From: a virus
Lineage: Duplodnaviria > Caudoviricetes
Strand: one strand, 5' to 3'
IMG/VR virus record: IMGVR_UViG_3300029288_000067
Span: 32,001 to 96,000 of that record
DNA length: 64,000 nucleotides
A program made the translations under genes and the position numbers. The notes beneath the pieces are model-generated. The model did no database searches. It saw nothing but the letters and a program-made list of their open reading frames with translations, and had not been told where the DNA came from. Each line of letters begins with the position of its first letter. The stretch's first letter is position 1. Shown here in pieces: positions 1 to 10,923 of this stretch.

Positions 1-283
1 ACTTACAAAGCTGAAGAATTTACACATATTGTTTATCTCCTGTATCTTCAAAACTGCATATTCTGCAGTTTCTTGAGTTGTTTCTCCACGGATTTGATTT
101 TTGCAATTCGCATCTTTTCCGCTTGTGCAACAGCTTCTTCCCGGGTTGTGTGCCAGAAGGGTTTGTGGAAAGCTTCCTGAAATCGAGAATTCTCCACGAC
201 TACCATTGTCGGGCAACTCTCAACCGCTCTCACCTCTTTTTCAAGAATCCCTTGTGTTAGAGCATACTTCGTGATGTAAGCCT

Positions 284-1003
284 TCATACGGTTTCTCCTT
301 TTGCTTCTTCTTTCTTAACTCTTTTGGCAATTACTTCAAGGCACTTCGGGCAGGTCACCTTGGACACATCTTCGGTGGAGTGGTTCATCTTCCTCATTCC
401 ACCCATGCAGCTTCCGGCGCAAGCAACATACATTGCCCGGGGGCCGGTGTAAAGGTGTTTCAGAGGAACCTTCTCTTCAAGAACACGTTCGGATAAGGTT
501 TTCGGGGTCCAGTCGGCAATACGTTTTACGAGGTAAACATTGAAGTTTTCCATGTTGCCGATTTCCTGATGGATCTTCAAACATACCCGAGTCTTCAGAT
601 ATGCAATTTTGTCTTCATTCGAGAGGCTTTTGAATCCGAAATCATGTTTGAGATGAGAGAAGGCTGTGATTGTGGCAAGATTTTCAAGAGAGATCTCAAT
701 AACTTTTTCCACCGGGCGATGATTTTCATACACGGTGTAGGAGGTATACGCAACGGCAGTCCCGTTCTTGATATCTTCGATACGTTTTTTGGAAGCTTCA
801 ATATTCTCGGAAATAGTCTGCATCATGAAGGGGATGAAATTTTTTGAAATTTCGTAGGGAAGTTTTCCGGATCCCTGACAGGTACCAACAAATCCCCACC
901 CATTCTTAACCGTGTATCCGTGCTTTACCAAATCTCCGTGGATATCAACAACCTGAACTGCTCCGCAGATCTGACAGGTTCCGATGTGTTTACCCTTAGC
1001 CAT
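284..1003 (-). CDS. hypothetical phage protein, Cys-rich (CxxC at both ends)
   Basis: 239-aa ORF with GTCQICG...HGY and VTCPKC; first gene after promoter 1038-1066. Confidence 0.7.
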   Translation of the reverse strand: MAKGKHIGTCQICGAVQVVDIHGDLVKHGYTVKNGWGFVGTCQGSGKLPYEISKNFIPFMMQTISENIEASKKRIEDIKNGTAVAYTSYTVYENHRPVEKVIEISLENLATITAFSHLKHDFGFKSLSNEDKIAYLKTRVCLKIHQEIGNMENFNVYLVKRIADWTPKTLSERVLEEKVPLKHLYTGPRAMYVACAGSCMGGMRKMNHSTEDVSKVTCPKCLEVIAKRVKKEEAKGETV

Positions 1004-1037
1004 GTTATTTACCCCCGCTGTATTTTCTTACAAGGAT

Positions 1038-1066
1038 ATATTACCCGAAGGGTGATAAAACTTCAA
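1038..1066 (-). promoter_or_regulatory. repeated sigma70-like (probably early) phage promoter TTGAAG-N17-TAATAT
   Basis: one of ~21 copies with exact 17-nt spacing, all oriented with the genes. Confidence 0.8.
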
Positions 1067-1536
1067 AGGGATATAATATTTAATTTCCTGAGTTTTCCGG
1101 TGTATACTCTCCGTAAAACATCTCCTGCGGAATCTCCACGGATAACTTCGGAAGTTCGGTAATCCACAACGGTTACAGGATCAAACTTACCCATCAAATT
1201 CTCGGATAGGAAGGTCTTTATTGCAGAATAAATTGTATCCTTGTATCGAGAGAGGTTGGAGGTTTCCATGTACAACCCATTTCCATCCCGCGCCCGGATC
1301 CACCCGAGATCCATTACCTTCTTCATTATCTCTTCCCGGGCTTTTCCTTCAAGTCCCAATCGTTCCCCGTGGGCTTTGTATGTCCCCTCGATGTATTCCC
1401 GGGTCAATCCAAACTTTTCTGGGTGTGCAATAATTTCCGAAATATGCGTGGAGGTATTAACGGTAACAATTTCGGATTCTGGGGAAATCCACCAACGATT
1501 GTAGAAAGCCATGTCATTTTTCCTTTTTGAAAACAA
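1063..1536 (-). CDS. hypothetical protein (W..P...H...LGWIR family)
   Basis: ORF; motif shared with 53698-54312; true start may be MAFYNRW. Confidence 0.65.
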   Translation of the reverse strand: MFSKRKNDMAFYNRWWISPESEIVTVNTSTHISEIIAHPEKFGLTREYIEGTYKAHGERLGLEGKAREEIMKKVMDLGWIRARDGNGLYMETSNLSRYKDTIYSAIKTFLSENLMGKFDPVTVVDYRTSEVIRGDSAGDVLRRVYTGKLRKLNIISL

Positions 1537-2098
1537 AGAACTCTGCCTGTCTTCGGTATCCCTTTGTTGGGACGATATTGGTTGGGGTTAATTCTGCAAG
1601 ATAAGAAAGCTGAATTCTCTTGTTTCTGGCATTTTGTTTTCCCTTCTTCAATTGAGAAAAAGCCCCCTCGAAATCTTTTTCACTTATCTGTGTATTTTTG
1701 GGGGTAAATAATTTCAACCACTCCCCTGGATCTGTTCGGGTACTTACTTCCCCGAAAACTCCATCTTCTTTTGCAAGAATTGAGAATTGCTTGTATTTTA
1801 TTCCCAACTCCACTGCTTCCTGAATCGGCATTTTCGGGATGCAAAGAGATTCTTCCTCTGAAAGAATTTCCTTTTCCTTGAACTTCGCCCTCAATTCAAA
1901 GAACCCATAACCCCTTGCTCGGATTTCTTTTTTCAGGATTTCTTGTTGCTGCTTATTTTCTTCAAGAGAGACCAACACCCCTGTGTCCGGGTCGGCATAG
2001 AGATATGCGGATAAAACCGAACAAGGATATTCGGAGTTCATCCAATACAAAACCCGAGAGACCGTTGAAGCAAGTTTCAGTTGCGAGATTTTCAACAT
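1514..2098 (-). CDS. DUF3293-like phage protein with Ala-ending leader
   Basis: SVLSA...EN......L...IR.RGYGF...E.S...LG.KY.Q.SIL pattern. Confidence 0.55.
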   Translation of the reverse strand: MLKISQLKLASTVSRVLYWMNSEYPCSVLSAYLYADPDTGVLVSLEENKQQQEILKKEIRARGYGFFELRAKFKEKEILSEEESLCIPKMPIQEAVELGIKYKQFSILAKEDGVFGEVSTRTDPGEWLKLFTPKNTQISEKDFEGAFSQLKKGKQNARNKRIQLSYLAELTPTNIVPTKGYRRQAEFFVFKKEK

Positions 2099-3031
2099 AT
2101 ATTACCTCTTTCCTAAGAAAGAATGATTACAAAATTACGGTTGTTTTACGTGCAGGATTCCCTTTATGTTTTCGACCTCTACGAAATTTTCCGGACTGTT
2201 TTTATACTCGTCCTCAAAAGAGACCACCCAAATCCCTTCCTTGGTAGCTACTGCCGCGTGAGCCTCATTCCCCGTCTCACAGAACCATTTTGCAAAATAT
2301 GCGTAACTTGTTCCAATAAGTTCCGCTGCCCGGGCTTTTGTTGTTGCGGCAACAATTATTATTGATTGTCGATGCTTGCTATTCAACCCCCTTATCCCAC
2401 AGTGGGTTCCATAAAATATTTTCAATGTTTTCACCACCCACCTCCCCCGGAGTAATGCAAGAAAAACAATTTTAACACATTTTCATGCAAGGGTTTATCC
2501 TTTTCATCATGGGTATCCCCAATCATAACATTAAAATTGTCGCTATCTTCCAAATAATAATTTGCTTTGGGGTATATTTTTCGCAACTCCTCCATAGCCT
2601 TGTTAAGACCTGCAATATGCTTTTCAATTTGTCTTAGTATCTTTTTTTCTTTGTCCATGCTTATTCCTTTTTCCAACACTTACATTTTGTGACAATAAAA
2701 CCACACTTCTTGCAGGGCTCTATATCGAGGATCTGAAGAAAGAATTCAATGGCATGGGGGCAGTTTAATATTGCCGCAGCAAGTATTTCCATCTTCTCCT
2801 TATGGGTGAAATTATTCATTTTTTGGGGATAACCACGGTGTAAATCTTTTCAATCAGTTTCAGTTTTCCCTTCCCCATAGATGCACGGTTATCACAATAA
2901 CTCTTTAGCTCCTCCATTGCTGTTTTTTGTTCCACGGCAAGAAGAGTCAACAATTCGATGAACTTGCCCCGGAGTTCTTCTTCGCCCAAATTTTTATTAG
3001 TCATATATGCTCCTGTATTTCCTTCAACAGT

Positions 3032-3060
3032 ATATTACCGCAATAGATGCAAAACTTCAA
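3032..3060 (-). promoter_or_regulatory. repeated promoter TTGAAG-N17-TAATAT
   Basis: consensus match directly after a terminator. Confidence 0.8.
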
Positions 3061-3070
3061 GGAAAAAGCA

Positions 3071-3095
3071 GAAACCCCCGGAAATAGGGGGTTTC
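3071..3095 (-). terminator. intrinsic terminator after sigma-like gene
   Basis: GAAACCCCC/GGGGGTTTC stem followed by T-rich tract on minus strand. Confidence 0.7.
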
Positions 3096-3130
3096 TTATT
3101 CGAGACACTGCATGGGCAGCTATGTGGACA

Positions 3131-4516
3131 TTATACTTTTCTTTGTACCTTCAAAGCGATAAGTTTTCCACCATCTTCAATCAATTCATCGGAATTCAAT
3201 AAATCTTGAAAATATGTCTCCACATCTTTTGTTGCTTGCGCCGAAGATTTTTCAGGATCTTGCACAACTTGTTTTGTTAAATTTTCCAGATCTGGGAGAG
3301 GTTTTCTTTGAATCGTGATGGTTTCGCCTACGGGAACTCTTTCGGCCAATTTCATACTTTCTTCTTTTACACCTGTTTGTTTGGCATAGTCATTGAAAAC
3401 ATGATACAAACCATCTTTATCTTCTTTCTGTGCTGCTTTTTTTCCTCGATATTGTTTCAACAATGCCATCAACAAATCATTTTCACTTTCTGTTGCGTAT
3501 TCTTCCAACAGAGCATACATGCGGTTTAAGTAATTGGAGAAAGATGTAACAGTTAATCCAACTTGCGAGGCAATCTCTTTTTTGGAATATCCTTCAAGAA
3601 GACTATTGAGAATCTTGTTGTACAATTCCCCATTCTTCTGTGCTTCCAAGAAATCATGAATATCTTCCATCAAAATATTGTATTCCACAACATCGTGAAT
3701 TGGGGCATGTTCTTTGGATCGGCTTGTTTGCTCATTTAAATACTCTAATCGATCTTCTTCAGAAAATTCTGAATCTTTTGGTGGAACATCTTCTTTGTAC
3801 TTTTTGTTTTGGAATCGTTGCACTCTGCTGATTAGAAACCTTTGGAAGTTGTACGCGAGGTAACCGGCCAAATTTTCATTTCTGTTGAAATCAAACTTGG
3901 AAATAACTTCGGGGGTTAATGTTTCAACCAAGGCAGTATGGAACAAATCTTCTCGATCTTCCTCTGTAATTCTAATAGGTGACTTGCTGAAAACATTGAT
4001 TGCAATACCCTTGAACATTTTATCAATGTCTACATTCTGATAAACATCGAGCCATTTGTTGTAGAGTTTATTTTTCCGGAGGGCATCTTCCAGCATTTGG
4101 GATACTTCCCCTTTTAATGCTGTATGTGCAGTGGTTTCTTTTGAAGTAATTGCAAAATGCTCGTAAAGTTCTTGAGAAGAGATAGAAATATCAAATGGAT
4201 GGGGAGATACAGATCCTTCTTTTTTTGGACCCCAGTTCATTTCAGCTTCATCCCAAATCACAGGAGTTAAAGCCATTTTATAGGTTTCTTTTTTTTCGCC
4301 GCCGGTTAATGCCGTGCCTTTGTTAACAGAGTTTACTTGATAAAAATCAGAGCTGCCGTAGTTCAAAGTGTTGTTTTGATCTGTTTTTAATTGATTTAAA
4401 TCTTTACAAACAGGCAAAACCTGTCCTTTTTTGACAGGACACTTTGCCTGAGAAACCCGAAGTTTAAATAACGTAGGATTCATTTTTATTTTACCTGTGG
4501 AATAGACTATTTTCAA
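3131..4516 (-). CDS. sigma70-family RNA polymerase sigma factor-like protein with long N- and C-terminal extensions
   Basis: region 2-like REDLFHTAL...KFDFNRNENLAGYL and region 4 HTH EGYSKKEIASQVGLTVTSFSNYLNR; ATG start at 4483 plausible. Confidence 0.65.
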   Translation of the reverse strand: MKIVYSTGKIKMNPTLFKLRVSQAKCPVKKGQVLPVCKDLNQLKTDQNNTLNYGSSDFYQVNSVNKGTALTGGEKKETYKMALTPVIWDEAEMNWGPKKEGSVSPHPFDISISSQELYEHFAITSKETTAHTALKGEVSQMLEDALRKNKLYNKWLDVYQNVDIDKMFKGIAINVFSKSPIRITEEDREDLFHTALVETLTPEVISKFDFNRNENLAGYLAYNFQRFLISRVQRFQNKKYKEDVPPKDSEFSEEDRLEYLNEQTSRSKEHAPIHDVVEYNILMEDIHDFLEAQKNGELYNKILNSLLEGYSKKEIASQVGLTVTSFSNYLNRMYALLEEYATESENDLLMALLKQYRGKKAAQKEDKDGLYHVFNDYAKQTGVKEESMKLAERVPVGETITIQRKPLPDLENLTKQVVQDPEKSSAQATKDVETYFQDLLNSDELIEDGGKLIALKVQRKV

Positions 4517-5211
4517 TAAAGAGAGAAGTAATATCTTTCTATCACTTCTTCAAGATTGTCTCATTAAAATCCTTCGTTGCTTGTATTAATCCATCTTCAC
4601 ACTTTTTGCAGATATTCTTTCCTTTTTGTGCTTCAGTGTTGCAAAAATCACAGAGGTTTATTCCATTCTCAAGAGCCTCTTTTACGACAACACAAGCTTC
4701 CCGGATATCCTGTTCCATTTCTTCGGGGCCTTTAAATGGGTATGCTGTTCTGTGGAATAAAAGATACTCCATGAAATCTTCATTTGCATTCGGGAAATAT
4801 TCAAGGATAATTGAGCGAATATCAATCTCCAAAGGGAACCCCCTCTTTACGCATTTTTTCAGCAAAAGCATGTCGTTCATTGGTTGCCACATCCCACTTT
4901 GCTTTTAAAGTGCTGAGTTTTTTCCGAAGAGTTTCTATCATTTTCAGGGTTATCTTTTTGTGCTCAATATATGCCCCCCGGACGGTCACCCTTTTAAATT
5001 GGACATACCGAAGAATTTCCTGTTCTCCTTCTTGTACGTCTCGTAAGCGTCGGTCACATTTACGAGAAAGTTTTTGATAATGCTCCTGCATGTAATGGGG
5101 TTTGCAGAGAAAATCCTTGTATATGGACCCCCGGCAACATCGTGTATCCTCCCCGTAAGGGTGATAATCAATCCAGGTATGTTTACAGGTTTGTCCAAGC
5201 ATATAAATCTC

Positions 5212-6945
5212 CTATTGCATATTGATTCGCTTGTAAGGGACCCCATTGGAAACAAAAAATTCTTCCGGGAGTTTTTTCTGCAAGGATAAATATTTCCCGG
5301 GCTCTTTTTGCAATAAAACTTGGAAGAGTTTACCCTCTCCGGAGAAATTTGAAATCTCTTGCATTAATTGTTGTGTTACATCCCCCATCTCCAGCAAAAG
5401 GGCATTGTGCTGGGGTTCTTCCTCAATTTTCGGGACAATAACATTCTGCAGGTAAATTCTCGCCGAAGGGTATTTGATTTTTGCTGTAAAAGATCGAGTC
5501 TTATCGTACTCCACATCCATTTCAAGGGTAAAGTCAACTCCCAGCAATTTTACAATATCATGTATTTGCATAGTTTTGTACAATTCTGGGATAACATTGT
5601 CGAATTGGGCTGTCTTTATCAAAAAATCTTCTTCGTCGTGGATCGATAAAAGCATTGAACAAATAAAATCCCGGTAAGAGAAATTTGCGAACAACGGAAC
5701 CATGTTGGAGTAATACGGGCTCCAATTATGCTTTCGGATAAAGTCTGTTGCCCGGATCATCGATATTTTCAAGGCATCTGCTGCTGTAGATTGGATAGGG
5801 TGATTCAGGCCCGTTCGAATAGCATACCCCATGTCCTTTTTTCTTTTCCACAGTTCTTTTTCTATTGACTGAGACCATCTCCGAACATCTCGAATTCTTC
5901 CGAATAAATTTTTAACAATGCCGTAAGCTCTTACGGCTTGTTCTGTAAAAAGCATACTTTCTTGTGCTTTTTTCAATTTCGAGAAAAAGGCATTCAATGC
6001 TGCTTGTGCTTCTTGTTCGGAGCAATTCATATACTCGCACAATGTTCTTGCTGCTGCCCCATAAATTGCTGCCAACCCACATTGTTTTGCAATCTTCCGG
6101 TAGACATCAAAAATATCCCAGTCTGCTTTTTGGAATTCCTCTATTGGTTTTTTCGGCCAATCCGGTTTTGTTGAAAAGAAAGCTAAGGCATTCAATCCGT
6201 GAAAATCCCCGGGAATATTTTTCTTGAAATCTCGGACATCTTTGCAGGGATGTTTACACTTGGCACATTGATCAATAAATGTTACTTTATCCAACTCCCC
6301 CAATAAGACACAGAATTTTTTGCCTTTTATTGAAACTACGGAGTTATTCTCTCCACTTTGCGGGGGAATTACTTCTTTTACAATAACCTTTGGAACTCCC
6401 TCGTAAATCTTAATCCATTCGGGCTCTTGTGTTGCAATAGCAGAGAAACGAGGCTCAATTGCAGAATAATCGAAGGCAACAATATGATCCCCCGGGGTGT
6501 ATTCCTCACAAACTGTAAAATATTGTGAGTATTCCGAAGTATCAAATGTCTCTTTATTTCCGTAAAATCTAAATTGCCCCTTTATTACAACAAAAGGTTT
6601 TCGGAAATCGGATAGGATAAAATGAATATTTCTCTCATCGAGGGAGTTTTCATCCCGGGGGTGATTCCATAAATGTTGTGGAACGGAAAGAAAAGAAATT
6701 TCTGGCTTCAAAGAAAGAACAAGGAATGCACGTTCCTCAAAACCAACCCCTCTGCGGGAAGATGGAATAATCCCCGTAAAAGTTTCCTCGGGAGACATTT
6801 CACATTTTCCAGTATACGGGCAAGTGTCACAAGATGCGCGAAGACAATAATGTTTCCCTTGCTGTAAAAGAAATTGTCTTGGATTCCCAATAAGAAAAGC
6901 TTCCAAGTGTTCACATTTATCTTTCAAAGGAACTTTATCGATCAT
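5212..6945 (-). CDS. polA: DNA polymerase family A, C-terminal (palm/fingers) half
   Basis: motif A DYSAIEPR, DFH, motif B RKIAKQCGLAAIYG, NHPIQSTAAD, motif C SIHDE. Confidence 0.9.
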   Translation of the reverse strand: MIDKVPLKDKCEHLEAFLIGNPRQFLLQQGKHYCLRASCDTCPYTGKCEMSPEETFTGIIPSSRRGVGFEERAFLVLSLKPEISFLSVPQHLWNHPRDENSLDERNIHFILSDFRKPFVVIKGQFRFYGNKETFDTSEYSQYFTVCEEYTPGDHIVAFDYSAIEPRFSAIATQEPEWIKIYEGVPKVIVKEVIPPQSGENNSVVSIKGKKFCVLLGELDKVTFIDQCAKCKHPCKDVRDFKKNIPGDFHGLNALAFFSTKPDWPKKPIEEFQKADWDIFDVYRKIAKQCGLAAIYGAAARTLCEYMNCSEQEAQAALNAFFSKLKKAQESMLFTEQAVRAYGIVKNLFGRIRDVRRWSQSIEKELWKRKKDMGYAIRTGLNHPIQSTAADALKISMIRATDFIRKHNWSPYYSNMVPLFANFSYRDFICSMLLSIHDEEDFLIKTAQFDNVIPELYKTMQIHDIVKLLGVDFTLEMDVEYDKTRSFTAKIKYPSARIYLQNVIVPKIEEEPQHNALLLEMGDVTQQLMQEISNFSGEGKLFQVLLQKEPGKYLSLQKKLPEEFFVSNGVPYKRINMQ

Positions 6946-8591
6946 ATTTGTGCAACTCTCTCCACAAAGGATACTTCTACTTCTTTTCCATAGGGATCTT
7001 CGAAATTAAGCCCACATTCAACTGGAAGGCTTTTGATACAGTTCAATACTTTGTTCTTACCCTCATCTTTTGAAATTGCTTGTGTGTTTACCCCGGAGGA
7101 CCAATCTCCCTTGTCAAAATTGTAAGTGATATTGCCCGTAGCCGTTTCTTTTACAATAATTTGATCTCTTCCTCCGTTGGATGCCGAAGATAATCGCCCG
7201 GTTGGTGCTACCGTTGTTGCGTACTGCACCTGACTTCGGGCATACGGTAAAACAGAGTCAATATAACTGTTTGTAATGAATTTTGCAAGGATTGTTGAAA
7301 GAGCATGCTCCAATTGTCGATATTGTACAACGTAAGCAAGTAAAGGGTATTGAGGGTATTTCTCGTAAAGTGCATCGAGGAGATCTGCCGAAGTAGAGTA
7401 CAATCCCCCGGGGCTGTTCTTTTTTGGTTTTCCTCTTTCCATGCCTGGAAGAACGGGAACCTTGTATTCATCGAACAGTAGTTTTGAAATCTGTTGCGGG
7501 GAGGCAATATTTATTTTCCTTCCCACGAACTCATAGATCTTGTTTTCAAGATTAAGAATTCGATGAACAATGTCTTTGCAGGCATATAAAGAATACTCAA
7601 TATTTACCGGAAATCCCGTTCGATACATCACTCGCAAAGAGTCCAACAGCATATGATCTATTTTGATAGATACATGCTGTTGGATAAAAATATTGTCTTC
7701 TGCTGGGGTAGAAGAAAGATTGTAGAAAATGAAATAAGTATTCATAGCATCGGAGCAACCGTATACCGAGGCATTTGTTGCAGGAAGCCGATTGAACTGC
7801 ACAAATCCTTTTTGTTTCGACCCCATTTCAGAGAATAAATCTGAGATCTCTACCATCTTTCTGCCCAATTTTTCCGAAACAACTTTCAATTTATGCGTTT
7901 TTTCATTCACATCCTGCAAATAGTGCAGAACCATTGTATCGAGGTAATATGGAAATCCCCGAGGGCTTACCCCATTCAAAGAAAGAACTTCCTTGTCGTA
8001 TTGGGCATTGTGATATAAAACAAGGAAAGTATCTGTGAGCTTCTGCAAAAAAGCCACAATTACTGCATAATCCCAGTTGGGGATACCATCTTCCCCTGTG
8101 TGCATTACTGGGAGGTAATATCCAATGTTGTGAAATGTTGCAAGACAAATACCAACGATCTTTGTTTTCGGGTCAAGCTTCTTGTTCTTGTCGTATACAA
8201 CCCGGGTGTCCAATCCGGTCGTTTCCAAATCTACTGCGATAACAGGAGATTCCACATAATCTTTTTTGTATATTTCAGAAAAAGTAGAAGACATCTTTCC
8301 TGCGGAAGCCACAAGATTATTGAAGAACACCTCCAACTGGTATTGTTGAGCTTCAATTTCATGGGATTCTGGAACAACTAAATTGCAACAGACTTGCCCC
8401 AACCATTCCATCCCATTTCTTTGTGCCAATTGTTCTTGAGAGAAAATACTTGGATCCGGGGGAATATTCGGAAAAGATTGATGTGCCAAATATTTTCGGA
8501 TATCCGGGAGGAATCGGTCTATTTTTTGTTGTCGCATTTCTTCGGAATCTGCGGCAAACAGATTGGATGTTTCAATTTCACTCATCTTCAC
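6942..8591 (-). CDS. polA: DNA polymerase family A, N-terminal half (3'-5' exonuclease + thumb)
   Basis: ExoI DLETTG, ExoII HNAQYD, ExoIII YGCSDA, NIASPQQI, TGRLSS. Confidence 0.9.
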   Translation of the reverse strand: MKMSEIETSNLFAADSEEMRQQKIDRFLPDIRKYLAHQSFPNIPPDPSIFSQEQLAQRNGMEWLGQVCCNLVVPESHEIEAQQYQLEVFFNNLVASAGKMSSTFSEIYKKDYVESPVIAVDLETTGLDTRVVYDKNKKLDPKTKIVGICLATFHNIGYYLPVMHTGEDGIPNWDYAVIVAFLQKLTDTFLVLYHNAQYDKEVLSLNGVSPRGFPYYLDTMVLHYLQDVNEKTHKLKVVSEKLGRKMVEISDLFSEMGSKQKGFVQFNRLPATNASVYGCSDAMNTYFIFYNLSSTPAEDNIFIQQHVSIKIDHMLLDSLRVMYRTGFPVNIEYSLYACKDIVHRILNLENKIYEFVGRKINIASPQQISKLLFDEYKVPVLPGMERGKPKKNSPGGLYSTSADLLDALYEKYPQYPLLAYVVQYRQLEHALSTILAKFITNSYIDSVLPYARSQVQYATTVAPTGRLSSASNGGRDQIIVKETATGNITYNFDKGDWSSGVNTQAISKDEGKNKVLNCIKSLPVECGLNFEDPYGKEVEVSFVERVAQI

Positions 8592-9172
8592 CCCTCCACA
8601 ATCAATCTTTTCAACTCGGGGAGATATGAAGCATCCCCGCTCAATTTCAATTGCAACAATACTTCGGCTCTCAGGTATTTCTGTACTTTTTGGGCAACCT
8701 CTGTATTCTCCATCGTGTAATAAAGCAGAGGATCAAAAGAATACAGTATTTGTCGGGGAAAAGCAACCTTAAATACTTTGGAAATAAACAAAAAGATATC
8801 CCGAAATTTCAAGTTTCTCTGGGATTCTCTTGCGTACAAAAGCCAAAAGGGGGTAATTGTTCTTTGACATTTGAAACAAAACACCGCATGTCTTTTCTCT
8901 CCTGTGTTTCTATCCGAGGAATAAAAACGGGAAGATGGGTGACGGTCTGTTGTTCCATGGGAGGGCAATAGGCAGGGGATTTGTTGCTGATCTGCAGAAT
9001 CATCCAGGGAATGCCCATAAAGTTGATACACGAGCCCCATACGAATTCTGGAATCGTAGTAATTTGCAACATCGGGAGTAATTGCAATCAATACAGAAGA
9101 GGGTACAGATTTAATTACTTCTTCCTCGGAATAATTCTTGTAATCCGGGTGGGTATCCAGAAAGTTACTCAT
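8588..9172 (-). CDS. primase-type CHC2 zinc-finger protein (no TOPRIM domain)
   Basis: C-LLPS-H-G..D..PS...FCFKC resembles the DnaG Zn-binding domain; overlaps polA start. Confidence 0.6.
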   Translation of the reverse strand: MSNFLDTHPDYKNYSEEEVIKSVPSSVLIAITPDVANYYDSRIRMGLVYQLYGHSLDDSADQQQIPCLLPSHGTTDRHPSSRFYSSDRNTGEKRHAVFCFKCQRTITPFWLLYARESQRNLKFRDIFLFISKVFKVAFPRQILYSFDPLLYYTMENTEVAQKVQKYLRAEVLLQLKLSGDASYLPELKRLIVEG

Positions 9173-10052
9173 GTAAAGCCCCTTTCTGGTATTCTAAAAA
9201 CTTAAAATAAAAATCTTTGTAGTTCTGTCGTAAAAACAACTGGAAATTTAGATTTTGTTGCATGTGGGTCTTTGTCTCAACACAACTCACAAGGGTCTCA
9301 AGATACTTGTGGTACTTTTTGTAAAAGTTGTGCTCTGAAATCTGCTTTGGATTCTTTGGGTCAAACTTTTGCATCTTCTCGAACACCCTGTTTCGCACTC
9401 TCTTCGCCCACTCCAAAAAAGAACCTTGAGGTTTTGGTGCCTCTTTTTGCTCAAAGGATGCACAAAACTCCTGTGCTTTGTTTGTATCCTGCTTATCTTG
9501 TACAAATTTGAGAAATAGATGCTGAGAGTCTTTTGTTCGAGATTGATTATAACACTCCTTTTCCAAAAAAGGATACTTTGTGGCAATCAAACTCAGCACC
9601 CGGGCAAAGAGATATTTTTTAACAGACCATGGAGCCTCTTTATTGCAAAATTTCTCAAGAATTTTATCGTAACTACTTTGTTCATGTCGCAGGTAATTGA
9701 TGATGATGTGTAAAATACCAATAGGATCTAACGCTTTTTCTGGGCTTATTTTATGGGCAATATCTCTCAACTGTTCCGGAGTATATTGTCCATACAACTT
9801 CAAAGATTTTCGAATAAGCCCCAAACAATCCTGGTGCTGTTGCTTGTGTTCCCGAGTCTCGTAGAATTTTCCTTTTTTTATTGTCAGGAACAAGAGCCGA
9901 ACATCAGTATTCTTTTCAATATTTTCTACTTTTTTGGCTTCCCAACAAGGTCTTTCACCATCCATTATATCGGGCTCTTTTAAATACTGTGTAATCCAAT
10001 CCAACTTCCATCCCCGACGATACAACTGTTTATTGTTGTAATACCGTATCAT
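9165..10052 (-). CDS. hypothetical phage protein
   Basis: 295-aa ORF, RGW...I..YL.EPD and NYLRH...YD motifs. Confidence 0.6.
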   Translation of the reverse strand: MIRYYNNKQLYRRGWKLDWITQYLKEPDIMDGERPCWEAKKVENIEKNTDVRLLFLTIKKGKFYETREHKQQHQDCLGLIRKSLKLYGQYTPEQLRDIAHKISPEKALDPIGILHIIINYLRHEQSSYDKILEKFCNKEAPWSVKKYLFARVLSLIATKYPFLEKECYNQSRTKDSQHLFLKFVQDKQDTNKAQEFCASFEQKEAPKPQGSFLEWAKRVRNRVFEKMQKFDPKNPKQISEHNFYKKYHKYLETLVSCVETKTHMQQNLNFQLFLRQNYKDFYFKFLEYQKGALHE

Positions 10053-10923
10053 CTCCCCCTCCGTATCTTAAGTATTTTAGAAATGCTAACAAAACATTTC
10101 TATTTATAGATATAACAAAGCTTGCCGATTGCCTCATTAAGTTCTGGTTTTAGAGATTGGATGATCATAGTCTCTACGCCACAACTATTTGCAACTAAAA
10201 TTACAATATCATACTCGGAGTAATTAGAAAAGGAGGTTCTGTCCTGCAGGAAGTTGAAAACATCCCTTCGAAGTAATGCAAAAGTCTCCATGTTATAGAA
10301 CATGCAATTATACTTTTTAACAATCTCCAATAAGCCATAAGAAAGAGCATTTGGAGTTGTTGGGGGAATGGTGGCGGGCTCCCGGACAGTAACTTTAGGA
10401 GCTTGCGCCGGAGGAGGACTCTCTGGGCGAGGGTGTTTTGTTTGGAGGTCACAGTGTCTACGGTCAATATATGTGCAGATTGTTGGGAAAATCCAACCCT
10501 GTTTTTTATGGTGTTTGCAGATTCCCGGGTAGTTGAAATGTATACAATTTATATTGAGGTTCATTTTTTACAGTATCCTTTTTTCAAGGGATTCTTAACA
10601 CCCTTGGGAAATGTTGTGCCCTTCAATTTCTTTTCTGCAATTTTGAAGATCTCTCCGTTGGGATTAAAAATACTGCAATCGATATCATCAAATAACTTCC
10701 TATGCATTCTTCCTATCTTGTCTTCATGTTGTTTTAGGTTGTGTGCTGCCATTTTTTCTGCAAGAACAAATCGATCATACTCTTGGTCAAGAGCATCCAT
10801 GATCTCTGCATCAATACCTATTTTGTGCAAATCCACAAGCCAATCGGGGTGGTCTATTAAATATTTAATCCAATGTGTGTATCCATTGGGAGGTTGCGGC
10901 ATTTATATATCCTTTCAGCAGAT

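Noticed and set aside
6480-7080. Split intein joining the two polA halves
   Set aside because: No intein N-terminal block and no His-Asn/Cys-Ser-Thr junction before motif A.
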